Part shown: positions 61,801 through 64,000 of the stretch, piece after piece | How the letters are laid out: every line of letters begins with the position of its first letter | How positions within the stretch are numbered: the stretch's first letter is position 1 | Assembly (NCBI GenBank): GCA_004764695.1 | Contig: SMSO01000032.1 | Location: 620,001-684,000 of the forward strand | Length of the DNA stretch: 64,000 bases | Direction of reading: 5' to 3' | Origin: Schizochytrium sp. TIO01 | Lineage: Eukaryota; Protista; Bigyra: Labyrinthulomycetes | Notes under the pieces: generated by a model | Database searches by the model: none | What the model was told of the DNA's origin: nothing | What the model saw: the letters and a program-made list of their open reading frames with translations, nothing else | Translations under genes and position numbers: made by a program

Positions 61801-64000
61801 GCAGACACCCATGTCTGCATCACATGTACGGCTCAGGCAGTCGGAGTCTACTGTACAGGATGAGCCAGCAGCGCAGGGTGCACATTCTCCGGCGCAATCT
61901 ACATCGGTCTCATCGGCATCCTGCACGCCATTGCGGCAGGTATCTGGAACACAAACGCCCAGCTCATCATCACAAGCATTTGACTGACAGTCCTCATCAA
62001 CTTTACAGAAACTACCGACGGAGCATTTTTGGCATCCGCCTGAGCAATCAACATCGGTCTCATTTCCATCGAGGATGCCGTTGCTACATGAAACAGCAAG
62101 GCAGTGACCCTCCTCGGAGTCACAGATGCCGGAGGCACAGTCAGAATCATTGTCACACTGCTTCGCATCTGCACAAGGTGAGCAATCAGGACCGCCGCAG
62201 TCGACATCAGTCTCAAAACCGTCGAGGATGCGGTTTGTGCAGTGTGCAGGCAAACACACGCGTCGGTGTTCGCAACAATTCTGTGAATCACAATCGTCGT
62301 TTGACTCGCAGGTGGAGCCATCAGGGCAGCGACTACAAGCCGGTCCACCGCAATCCTGATCGGTCTCAAGACCATTTTTGCGACCGTCTACGCAAGAGGC
62401 ATCCAGGCAAGTGCCAAGGTTCTGGTCACAAAGACCGCTGAGGCAGTCCGAAGCAAGCGAGCACTCCTTGCCTGCGGCACAGGGCCCGCAAATATTTCCA
62501 CAATCAACATCTGTCTCGTTTCCATTGAGAATGCCATCGCGGCAGGTTTGCGGCATACAGAGACCTGACTCTGTGCTACAAAGGCCGCTGAGGCAATCTT
62601 GATCAGAGACGCACTCCAGGCCATCGTGGCAGGGTGGGCAAAAGGCACCACCGCAATCAACACCTGTTTCGTTGCCATTGAGAATACCATCGAAGCACGA
62701 AGTGAAAGTACAAATGGAGGCCTCCGGGTGGCAACTCACCGGGGCAAACGGTGCATCGAAATCATCAAGCTGAGGCATACTCTCAACACAATCTTCAGGC
62801 TGAAGACAATGCGCGCCTAGTGCGCACGGCATGCACTGGGGTCCACCACAATCCACTGCAGTCTCATTCCCGTTTAGAATCCCATCCATGCAAGAACGAG
62901 GAACACAAATACCTGTGTCGGCATCGCAGGCACCGCTGAGACAGTCCCTGTTAGAAAGGCAAGACTGGCCATCCTCACAGGGCGGGCAGTCAATACCACC
63001 GCAATCAACGCCAGTTTCGGCGCCATCGCGCACACCGTTGCCACAGGAGGCGTCAACGCAAATTGCGGTTTCAGGATCACAGAGCCCTGACTGACAATCA
63101 TCGTCAGTGTCGCACTCGTAACCTTCCGAGCACGGTGCGCACAAGGGACCTCCGCAATCGACGTCTGTTTCATTTCCAGACTTGCGCCCATCTGTGCATG
63201 ACGCTGGCAAGCAATGGTGGCGGAAGTCTGTCTCGCACCTTTGCGAAAGACAATCCTCGTCCACTTCACATCCACCTCCCTGTGGACACGGCGTACACGT
63301 GTCACCACCACAGTCGACGCCTGTTTCATTAAAATTCATGCGTCCGTCGCGGCATGATCTCGGCAGACAAACCCGGAAGTGCTCACAGCATATCTCTGAC
63401 CTACAATCGTAGTCCGCACGACACATCTCGCCCACACGGTGCCTCGTGTCACGAACTCTCCACATCGCCTCCTCATTTTCTTCCTCATAAGACTCATCGA
63501 AAGCTCCCCTGTTTTCTCCTATTAAGTCTCCATTCGGTGCACCGTCTGTTGCGGTTGAGTTCTGAATGGGATGAGCATTGGTTTCACTTTCTGGGTCGGT
63601 GTGGACACCTGCATTCTCCGAACCCTCATTGTGGTTCTGGTTCGCATCCTGTGCCGGTTCTAGTGCGGTGACAGCCGGGTTTTCTGGATCAGGACGATCC
63701 GATTTTGCGTTTGTGGCTGAAGACTTAATCTCATTTGCAGCCTCATTTGGGTTTGGTCGTGACTCAAGTCCGGCGTCGAGATTTGGATTTGAGTTTGCTA
63801 TGTTTAAATTTGAATTTGGATGCTCTTTGCCGGCGAGCTCGATTTCCTCCTCCCCGCGGTCACTCTGGGCATCTCGCCAGTACTCGGGGGTCTGATCCGT
63901 CTCTACACCACGGCCTACTGTTTCCTCTGCCGCCAGGACCGCCGCGCACAGCAACAGGACCGCCGCCAGCGCCGCCAAGAGCGCCGCACGGGCGCCTATG
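31291..64000 (-). CDS. Giant (>=~10,900 aa) single-pass type I membrane adhesin/receptor-like protein; composite of four ORFs joined by three -1 frameshifts; 5' end beyond the window
   Basis: ORFs 63978-47146, 47149-41174, 41351-40716 and 40818-31291 abut or overlap. Adding one base at each junction restores the repeat consensus with no gap. Signal peptide only at the far N-end and a single TM helix only near the far C-end. The frame stays open to the window edge (IGARAALLAALAAVLLLCAAVLA). Confidence 0.88.
31318..31575 (-). other. C-terminal PDZ domain
   Basis: FEVRFDTRHGLGLRL...VVVTGF...GPAELCGRLCAGDVLMSINGESTRGLNFSEVSTKIKESYPSITMRF: GLGL carboxylate-binding loop and G-D-x-L-x-x-I-N-G signature. 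Confidence 0.92.
31715..32365 (-). other. Three cytoplasmic Tudor/Agenet-like (SH3-like barrel) domains
   Basis: TRVVVFY..SSYYCGSV...DGTYAVLFDDGDEDDAV; GDIVEVL..DRWQLARV...DFRVAFDDGSVEANV; TPVRVVY...AFQGVV...DGQYIVRFSDGAEEPL. Confidence 0.75.
32752..32814 (-). other. Single transmembrane helix followed by a basic stop-transfer patch
   Basis: LIILCSTAGLLGAVLLLYVYL followed by RPSLWHRKSSGKGKSRGRRSGR (positive-inside). Confidence 0.9.
33140..33465 (-). other. SEA-like (ferredoxin-fold) juxtamembrane module
   Basis: strand-helix-strand-strand-helix pattern LEVSFRF...HIDSIVASALEI..SLVEL...GESFVVSLVIY...; fold call by eye only. Confidence 0.4.
33496..33654 (-). other. Thrombospondin type-1 (TSP1/spondin-type) domain
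   Basis: CRVGSWGPWSICDRACGPGFERRHRE...GGCP.....RPCNLGSC: WxxWxxC, CG-G, RxR. Confidence 0.93.
33660..38735 (-). repeat. Block B: 12 Calx-beta/cadherin-like beta-sandwich repeats
   Basis: recurring Y.V.L.S.P...V.V ... P..L.F...(N/D)W..PQ.V.V.A.DD ... H...S.D..Y ... V.I.D(D/N)D..G pattern. Confidence 0.85.
38750..40476 (-). other. Internal polycystin-1-like cassette: pre-REJ module, REJ C-terminal module, EGF-like domain, helical region, degenerate GAIN/GPS motif
   Basis: PTLVSVNMTSSGRHLVVTFD..C..LF...LG..SICRW; NVAPAPGQISL....STVHARMDGWSG...VEYSF...LDTVIPSG; CTSDSDCGPLGSC...CQCPPSHYGSRC (39460-39573); VCMGRGFDGRVLQGACIGSAHDCTCSVPKDDTFYV (38755-38860). Confidence 0.6.
40716..41351 (-). CDS. 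Giant protein segment 3 (about 2 Calx-beta-like repeats)
   Basis: MLYLSESG...PTTLVFNRASWNVSQTIAV...DKDWAGLAL; the last ~35 aa are out-of-frame tail. Confidence 0.85.
   Translation of the reverse strand: MLYLSESGAPAHVEVALQSMPTAESVEVQLHSPSEVTVAPTTLVFNRASWNVSQTIAVLAKTLPTAGGKPSVGVIYPSTHCDGDSLYNMEERAGPGIEVVTMDKDWAGLALSIDRVTVSGGKPSFVNLSLTSAPIDEVMVQVHVPPRTILIRHEDPCSGRVTHENRTVALLRASPTNLCLNPKTGPRHKLWNCSMRLPKFRKKSLRMVCKK
41174..47149 (-). CDS. Giant protein segment 2 (1991 aa of Calx-beta-like repeats)
   Basis: Long ORF with no signal peptide; starts mid-repeat at a TTG; the last ~60 aa are out-of-frame tail. Confidence 0.92.
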   Translation of the reverse strand: MNFYMDDSEIVGNELRMDIVDDDIAGIRVDLPDGRRWITLDEGESVDIAIQLHSKPLAPVTVHITEHGLGFLAFDQDLLVFNRTNWDRSQLVRLVAVADDFAWSEGKRYSSISLSTDSLDGDYAETNPINVEVEIQDNDEVGLEFVTSPQSLLDNVVLSEGETFVYGVRLKSKPWVSSVHQDMAATISLHAMDGFCRSRDLGSLPDYSRPCSYDGHCDVSSQYCFKLATIEVSPAQLVYTSENWNDIQLVTVNALEDDILEPVRQRTFVSHRVQSPDPVYASLAAAPITLAVEEAKEPAIILSRYSVSLTEGMAGETYSVRLSSQPWSPVTISISSSSEVVTSRREITITPNAWFKEHALTVTAIEDGIREVPSPHRARLVHRATSEDPFYNGIRAADLLCNIFDPEDAHYDQSQESSAMLVILHDQAGSIPFTAKQLVVDEASSDSKDILTFYVSLAQRPTGRVDVTVRPYSGHCVTGEGVANEELFCSSDSDCRAYCDTSACLEASRCEVETKVKSLLPTGTVTFLEKDWQVPKAVRLSAFQDGLSESVRHRTKVLLEASSAYDSAYDRYLLGVFIDILDRDVARLETRLPEEPIHEGTYGSYSLWLASRPLSHVVVQISTSPGIELTDCVAHMMCELTFGPSNWSTPVPVRFLVHDDEYADGDPTTGNQRHVSFVHHVVTRDERFKGLSETVTLRVIDNDTGGIHLSKQVLEVNEDGEDKFYELRLQSKPRDRFCARYGAGRDVDHTMPCESSADCIRPLKQAVPLGSSLRTLAQDLNARCLHDSPTALQISKESDSAPVIAVLIVQAPSGFCLVGEAKEPHFDQFCSHDADCKGSWGAIPGTCLTDTTVQLYGQQAMFTSQNWSTPVHIRVQGVPDHVAEPSVQHITVSHSLLTKDPGYKERKSNLMVNVIDADKAGLEISIETLRFADNALKQYSVKLRSKPFGAVRVSVTIDGEGLELVRQGHRGDNTLRFDLTNWDVPQVVTVTGETCSIPEAIMASRILHHVSSRDHAYGYLTAAELPIEIDTSPHSGVVVSTSHVFVEEGGMVAAFTVRLHARPLPGSGPVVVKLSVPGGHCESIARNEEPAFGSMCSLGSDCALGNECIQGTKAYANVDELIFTETSWSAPQVVLLQAFDDDIVEAFEDHTLITLAATNAAEPTYVKVFILDNDVPGIVWVEGANYGRLSATVNRATRTSFHLRSKPWATVTVFLSVQGARGKTSLSASEMTFTPENWNVAQTLDMVADRLDSFRLVARTDSKDRNYGQNGLPSQVLMVDVFADALNSIDLVFSESAVSLDEGEQRVYSVRVRSEGNSLGYSEKPTFHLSILAASKMVNVFPTDIELSLGASTNITVTALEDMRHDGLQTSILSHVLSLDGFQATWDLPLSIGDDDDGAVYIAPRTLYLGQGKGETEYAVKLADHLDKSIRISPLQTSALCLNTDGTLSDQSCDSTCDCIDLGVSRLQISPTSELLSPGNDPARFIISENPEALEFADAIWGAAWIALRHEADDKTIALPSVAVSIPAHGRKAHLIVETSQLKGCGEGNAGTIRVKLASKPVANVVVNARNEHVDPSNSCALFTSMTVYHDKREASILGLEDSVPSSLLAWGSKDALGFFVLSDSWETLKILRWLGSGLLEYAVCQDIDCLSTRFPSSGSGQSGKLIHFFATPVQAAMFSEWGCSGSSKRPKVSLSRSELTFSPSSWNTWQSIEVVMPCQSHGTSAAKVSVESWINLVAGVFLESKTFVSTEFPQINKDVLYENLSVLADVRASSDREKGLILSQSSLALGDSSEGLRKYKYSISLASLPEPLHKSKYAVRVFVLPTMTVCAGQLCNPRLDANCRCSDNDLQTLGVTVDPAVVNFTSNNWNVDQTITISVAQDAFDAHLAFARGAASLEHIAESSDPTYNEVRRSLPISIGDKEATGVSLIQICFTCLNQGHRLMLKLRFKACLQQNLLRYNFTALQRLQLLRLPWCLIAHLGMCLRLLLC
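47146..63999 (-). CDS. Giant protein segment 1 (>5,600 aa): signal peptide, Cys repeats, LNR-like, beta-helix, FN2-like x2, FN3-like, Calx-beta-like repeats
   Basis: 16.8-kb open frame, open to the window edge; the track start at 63978 is a TTG inside the signal peptide. Confidence 0.95.
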   Translation of the reverse strand: MGARAALLAALAAVLLLCAAVLAAEETVGRGVETDQTPEYWRDAQSDRGEEEIELAGKEHPNSNLNIANSNPNLDAGLESRPNPNEAANEIKSSATNAKSDRPDPENPAVTALEPAQDANQNHNEGSENAGVHTDPESETNAHPIQNSTATDGAPNGDLIGENRGAFDESYEEENEEAMWRVRDTRHRVGEMCRADYDCRSEICCEHFRVCLPRSCRDGRMNFNETGVDCGGDTCTPCPQGGGCEVDEDCLSQRCETDFRHHCLPASCTDGRKSGNETDVDCGGPLCAPCSEGYECDTDDDCQSGLCDPETAICVDASCGNGVRDGAETGVDCGGIDCPPCEDGQSCLSNRDCLSGACDADTGICVPRSCMDGILNGNETAVDCGGPQCMPCALGAHCLQPEDCVESMPQLDDFDAPFAPVSCHPEASICTFTSCFDGILNGNETGVDCGGAFCPPCHDGLECVSDQDCLSGLCSTESGLCMPQTCRDGILNGNETDVDCGNICGPCAAGKECSLASDCLSGLCDQNLGTCLDASCVDGRKNGLETDQDCGGPACSRCPDGSTCESNDDCDSQNCCEHRRVCLPAHCTNRILDGFETDVDCGGPDCSPCADAKQCDNDSDCASGICDSEEGHCLAVSCSNGILDGNETDVDCSGGCQKCSVGSFCKVDEDCQSNACDDELGVCVPDTCRNGVQDADETDVDCAGECAPCAAGSSCTVDSDCLSRTCDADMGVCLAAHCRDRILNGNETDIDCAGPDCLPCENGRHCLAAADCISGVCDPGTSTCLNQLCADHLLNGNETATDCGGPDCLPCDDGAECHLDRDCKSGHCNSHSGLCMPSSCFDGVLNGNETDIDCGNICGPCAAGRDCEAASDCASGLCDHEQGICLDASCVDGIKNGLETAVDCGGPVCGRCADGATCLSHTDCQHQHCCEVNSICLESHCSNKVLDGFETDVDCGGSCTPCDVGLLCERNSDCFSHACHDGICIAATCRNGRRDRNETGTDCGGPECPPCTIGDPCELPRDCNADESFCDMTQGMCYPLSCQNGRQDGSETDVDCSGDCPPCEDGQLCESGADCLSGACDLDMGICVPPACTDGVLNGNETGVDCGGSCAPCAKGVGCIGDRDCASGLLCEPFRQVCAPATCFDGILNGNETGLDCGHECSPCDNGQECFSVRDCKELCSEERGICMPFTCTDGLRNGLETDTDCGGPFCPECTNLHLCAEDNDCKSGFCDPRLGRCFPRQCNDGIQNGNETGIDCAGGCAPCPVGVHCLQDHGCESGLLCDPQREICSLASCFDRVMSGNETDVDCGGQDCAPCRTPLATCVKDRDCAIPLQCDPLMQQCLPSDLQARKLLLMPSSCRDGKQGQEETDIDCGGPQCSPCNQTGMACSVNEDCADDLLCGGAGVCVKNSCLNERQDGSETDVDCGGPDCAPCADGSLCQVGSDCSSKVCKDNLCIPGTCNDGVMNNGEADVDCGGPNCEKACAEFSTCNGNDDCDGDLICDEDAARCVQPQCAGGVCGGDSCLPCAVGRECKANTDCDSNICSPVSYTCLPRHCANGVQDVDESDVDCGGANCDGCLTGASCSANTDCTHPLLCAPSDSTCRPPSCLDGVQNGFETFPDCGGPECSPCQEIGEATCLLNRDCASGLCSPDGECIAQTCANGVKDGEETDVDCGGPFCGPCLNGLHCVDNEDCRTGFCDRVLAVCSDPAAEGDWILDCNGKRLTNGECASARLGYTSCEQHLNDDICDDGSFISDVGVPIILNCPAHDCDRGACGACRSNAEQVGGSILAYTLPGVDSALVPGSAAAQTWAEMYAKLYNGAADTFSGPRYLMKHLDSLHKLSEVDFAQYDDLEYKYQYGDFFRFVDYTGLSKPEVLCQAQLGCRLSTYLGPSIDAFAHVIMSFYDFSAMVESQFHVEGSRDPMNRVLLDGFFLGAAKKDRDSTKTLFLTGSIRIGRLSVIGRGGILDLTDADSVHLEQGIVVLPGGLLRLGGSVTLTGSDRGFLVVLGDLEISSSDLHDDDHHEEQDLEHSSAIMPLLDLARVDLFGHGLVERGAGALLSPRTKLTILPGASMVLEGDLAFRCASSGRECGLRNLGYLEVKGSATIDARILNDGFLEITAGTFRSAFGLINRGFLRVGSDAVWEVPSSEAFVKLEGQPRVENEFGLKTLSVQTSLVNELVDKAALLQYQLLQSKTQLSAQVIVRGIMRAKSGARINLVGDTTLTAVGTCSLEFAEGSVLSIEDSQVVIAPSNKKEGCDRDTPQLSGAIHVVGTRAAVRAFLDTASRLRVDGQVRLSSGGVIAVEYPENLVMARRSLSSSPGGAASSGTTVFTSPVFADGDLVIPQGQSMVFMNSVVHTGALTVYGTVSFEGHTLLSHRVVNEGRFIVGSSSNVLIAGMYTGAGFLKVNGQIYFGGSANVGGDVVNTGRVHIGLDSQTILAEFERNLFKYDVASASGRRLLSCPDRVYTTNVRFDMGASAGVGVEWTLPVHTCEAFPSEATLLESLTRQLKLTSTDGLSVRLETRTSARTLRRSLQQVHGWQRRDQTPEASLLSTASGSAAGALAVAFAQADGVEVDVSRSSSVDFNGRILDTGGLFVADEADIAIHGVASIDRPMQNFGRMYIGPTAQVEFVRALDSAGNITIDGNLTLLDETIYSQDVYVRGSLHVASTGNVTFEALLEVSGSITVEEGGGVAIFGASTFDEDSFFICDGELELGYGSSLVLYGDFAVTETGSTTVDGAQIDVYSPAVYFDGIYYQTKGAFVSVEDGGILVFENEFSSDENAQISVASRGKLRFMGNSIFAQDLVTGTAYRSLTDQYVALSSKGTVIVARTATLTMEGTELQSTGSLEAKEGSTMACTSSDSKLNLHSSVLDGLLAVNNTCVLTFSGSSAIGGSVIVAHDAVVVVQATRVTLDQGALWVSDGVLSIDNDASLVAKGRLRSRGHTLNRGRLLIASENTAPSIFSSTLISQGSASFSGAVILRGTARFTGDVTIDIGGAVYLDNANVTMAGSFAHDGILDTGTDASSVFICASAECTSTTESRVQGFGAVVLAESSEWELLGEVTVSQTSAEWTVVDSAQLYLGGQAYIGATMRNDGSLFVTTDADTRFTNTVISSGATQVDGVMELLGANAEFDGEVGGAGTILIGAGCKVDFLGDGLLRGGMEIHETGSAAFWSSSFTLQGSTENAGDMMISAGANLVFSSSGSGSGVGQSTSAQFVNSGTFRNYGNVTLASVAQLGGSVESTGSLIVQPTGEATIVGLAEVREGEWLVNEGELIIDAEGELTIFDNATLVSSVSSFVQIAGSMTIDSQAFVDMRGSCASASSAILTVVGELLLSASADFQGFMEVDGSVIIANDAAGTGSSDKGAVFHDILLKTGELSLQTGARCQIDGGLTATRDIFVMPSAELIFTSDSVSKLSSTSDADPQIISVGTIMIDQDASLIAAVDIISTGEIEVHGSLELDGALIALQESAQVIRDIVPDFLLADLNEISDDDVGGLSVMEGGTLLGYATIEGDLLNEGIVHPGSDAEPSGTLTVTGTYTSRLTGTLEVAATSVDESTMPLYGVIDVQGEADVSGSITVVMDRFYSETIRFAPLLSRRSGLDLASGTIFEATGPSEYSFTSDGFVDQTVTDGTQRDVLYVDVQSSYSVASRRILASLEGFEDFASFSTEAPTLGDFSAKNEALNTSMTEHDMDSSSSPSVGTHVLDVWLGGIRTIEPSRARRIVHTIEAYLGMVPASQTQRKAHMPGFFEALATEVVSRRSGKVASVGGFKGGIQMTLTFQCPTMLECRSFCETFEKLHSQIAKDLVERLHALGVNMMSMRAPSCASVQVNAHSSSTMPPICVSDGERGTFLTAGVECHEPCTCVASSCSCFMRNGKWASCKCGPFSGSKARQEINVDFDQLSLGDLAHPRVECASNGLGEAKAGLPCSFPFWYDGQEHHECIGSGWGGEGFCVVNGNIAGCKCSGVNPTSQTGDAHESLPAASSRQMPKCVTTGTGAAAQGDACVFPIYHKGVAHYRCIDRDVDGGWCYNNRGERGGCDCKQHNSLLIESANSSSAEAGDDLAEGRNAGAVLERVVAGKRTDDSVAVRFRASQTMQVWLYALLAGSPQPSKEDILACADSDFDDAFYSMVRAVGGSQEQEGMLEGLEASTSYDIYITADHPDAETVLLRNVRTSRAKSRNLMELSEEERGHLVIFDTGIELWEGDGTVREYGIKLDRQPDSAVTATVVLPPRDQLDASPQEIFFIPGNWNTSQYVQVYARDDGVLEDDPHTVVIRHRLESKDLRFVVDEDDQDADTINVVIHDVTHGTDESAALVIRPAKLELTEGGSAGVYTIKLAREPTSIVSVSVILPPGEDIELDPLVLEFTSANWGDAQRVTVRAIDDRVEEDFLQVVQLYHKVSSSDPTFTEADAPVVMVFVNDTQSHGEEPQFVVTPTSLDLSEGASTMLVVRLANSSLAPAQDVYMRFNASRKAIFNPPQLVFTPDDWMTPRSVVMHIPCDGLMLTSDSKATFEEIHFVVGSKDFLYHGLSVEPVPMRITDSDVPGLVMSTTRVQGLSELNPMQEVYFDVWLAASPREGALVRVDLTEYDGFCLDRRNGPVFHLGPCATNMDCELASTDKALGRSVECVKGTGAYLAMNDKTLFFDMDNWHIPQTVTLRVFVDERVEAPVHMSKVGLSMSSDRDNRFVRATCFQVDTMASPNGVSLIEASECAVLIEIEDADIAAVEFSKPLLHLDAQADSATYNVSLASRPWAPVTVNLAMSATGIAVEPRQLVFGPKSWNHPQEARVSVQSDVGEADQYVAVILHEAVSPDNVYHQLVEELTVQVVQDASTRIVLSKHTVSVSEDGLVETVEVRLARKPQVSALHADRAVTVDFNISNGHCISAVSGELRPRVTPCRSDADCVGSAINNEDIFCALNDRVRVSPPRLSFSASNWALPQRITISAIDDDIASGITVARTLIVPRAASEDVMFNDDEAVCVAMGPHGDCVEYDTSTASHGNIMVAILDNDEPGLQLSKKALSFSENLKSDDWVASMLTIQLTSRPHSPVYIEAKVPENATHRLSVVPRTLEILPDSWSVAHSVRLIPVDNDYAESIDEQDITVQFITESQDPAYSNVIDEVIASVINDDEDGVRISVDEVILNKNGHTSFYDVRLMSNPRKRVRVEVLVALPVEIVAPRLNTLHFDENNWNVPQRVSLRALDDGESTCETVLTKGSSVLLCPPTVVHVMHTDVTSGSKAAELAVKVVDRHNGLTVWPQSLVLHERTSDRTVNILLHDRPEKRVALRLSLVGEGADRVELSARGPIVFTPENWDVVRTVTLHVNDDVAAHPDAHVRLEMNIEASGADARFAASPLLPVELLLIDADVPGLNVSSFQLYLEEDHAGSIHGSVIHVALSSRPTGEVLVESHFAEDELSAWPTTLKFDVSNWQIPQDVHVSAVNDDIAEPLGVRSSQLVFRTTSAFDADYFDLDHVEIEAIVRDDDIAGVQLSIGSESAMGSLLLEGQSKRFLIQLLSEPRGEVTVIASAISGTCVSPDHVLTDESCSVEHSCQHGQDSCEHDTKVWAFPERLTFSQESWAEPQELWVGAFGDAVLEEKFIPVLSIFQPSLLETHYMIVRI
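51470..51760 (-). other. Fibronectin type III-like domain
   Basis: SVAVRFRAS...VWLYALLAGSPQPSKEDIL...LEGLEASTSYDIYITA (L.GL...T.Y.IY signature). Confidence 0.65.
51870..52260 (-). other. Two fibronectin type II-like domains
   Basis: GLPCSFPFWYDGQEHHECIGSGWGGEGFC and GDACVFPIYHKGVAHYRCIDRDVDGGWC (C-x-F-P-F-x-Y-x-G...C...WC). Confidence 0.8.
53068..58165 (-). other. ~1,700-aa predicted parallel beta-helix region ending in an autotransporter-passenger-like cap
   Basis: continuous G-x-L/I-x-V/I-x-G, N-x-G-x-L-x-I short-strand periodicity, helix-poor; terminal GGTLLGYATIEGDLLNEGIVHPG...GTLTVTGTYT...GTLEV...VIDVQGEADVSGSITV. Confidence 0.7.
58670..58860 (-). other. LNR (Lin12/Notch repeat)-like module
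   Basis: SCEQHLNDDICDDG...LNCPAHDCDRGAC resembles C...xD.xCD...NC....DxGxC. Confidence 0.5.
58880..63423 (-). repeat. 29 tandem ~50-aa cysteine-rich repeats (C.DG..NG.ETDVDCGG..C.PC..G..C....DC.SG.C......C)
   Basis: 28 copies of the E(T/A/S)xxDC(G/S/A)x motif plus one degenerate unit (CAGGVCGG), counted in the translation. Confidence 0.93.
63930..63999 (-). other. Signal peptide (partial; initiator Met outside the window)
   Basis: IGARAALLAALAAVLLLCAAVLA-AEE: basic residue, hydrophobic core, small residues at -3/-1. Confidence 0.85.

Noticed and set aside
31082-63895. Plus-strand and alternate-frame ORFs overlapping the giant gene
   Set aside because: Shadow ORFs antisense or out of frame to a long, clearly coding repetitive CDS.
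63976-63978. ORF-track start of the 5610-aa ORF
   Set aside because: It is a TTG (Leu) inside the signal peptide; the frame stays open to position 64000, so the real ATG lies outside the window.
1-64000. tRNA/rRNA genes and intact transposons
   Set aside because: GGTTCGA-like hits (e.g. ~3373, ~6153, ~18581) lack cloverleaf context; no transposase, reverse transcriptase, integrase or terminal-repeat pairs were recognised.

Overview
Eukaryotic nuclear DNA, most consistent with a labyrinthulomycete/thraustochytrid such as Aurantiochytrium. This is an inference from moderate GC, very dense tetranucleotide microsatellites and intron-free CDSs, not a database match. The left ~22 kb has no convincing protein-coding gene. 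It alternates AT-rich islands with GC-rich, microsatellite-laden segments and carries dense clusters of an RGAACR/YGTTCY motif. Three small or medium genes follow: a 197-aa coiled-coil protein with two CxxC motifs, a 234-aa ARM/HEAT-like helical protein, and a 661-aa PWWP-like + TFIIS-N protein. The right half (31291-64000, minus strand) is almost certainly one apparently intron-less gene, broken into four ORFs by three single-base (-1) frameshifts. Rejoined, it encodes a type I membrane protein of at least ~10,900 aa whose start codon lies just beyond the window edge. Domain order: signal peptide, 29 ETDVDCGG-type Cys repeats arranged in 7-unit super-repeats, LNR-like module, ~1,700-aa autotransporter-like beta-helix region, 2 FN2-like domains, FN3-like domain, ~26 Calx-beta/cadherin-like repeats, an internal polycystin-1-like REJ/EGF/degenerate GPS cassette, 12 more Calx-beta-like repeats, TSP1, SEA-like domain, one TM helix, and a cytoplasmic tail with 3 Tudor-like domains and a PDZ domain. 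Site-1-protease-like R-x-x-L motifs sit at several module boundaries. This mosaic giant adhesin/receptor is the main candidate for an undescribed system. All domain calls are by-eye motif recognition; no searches were run.
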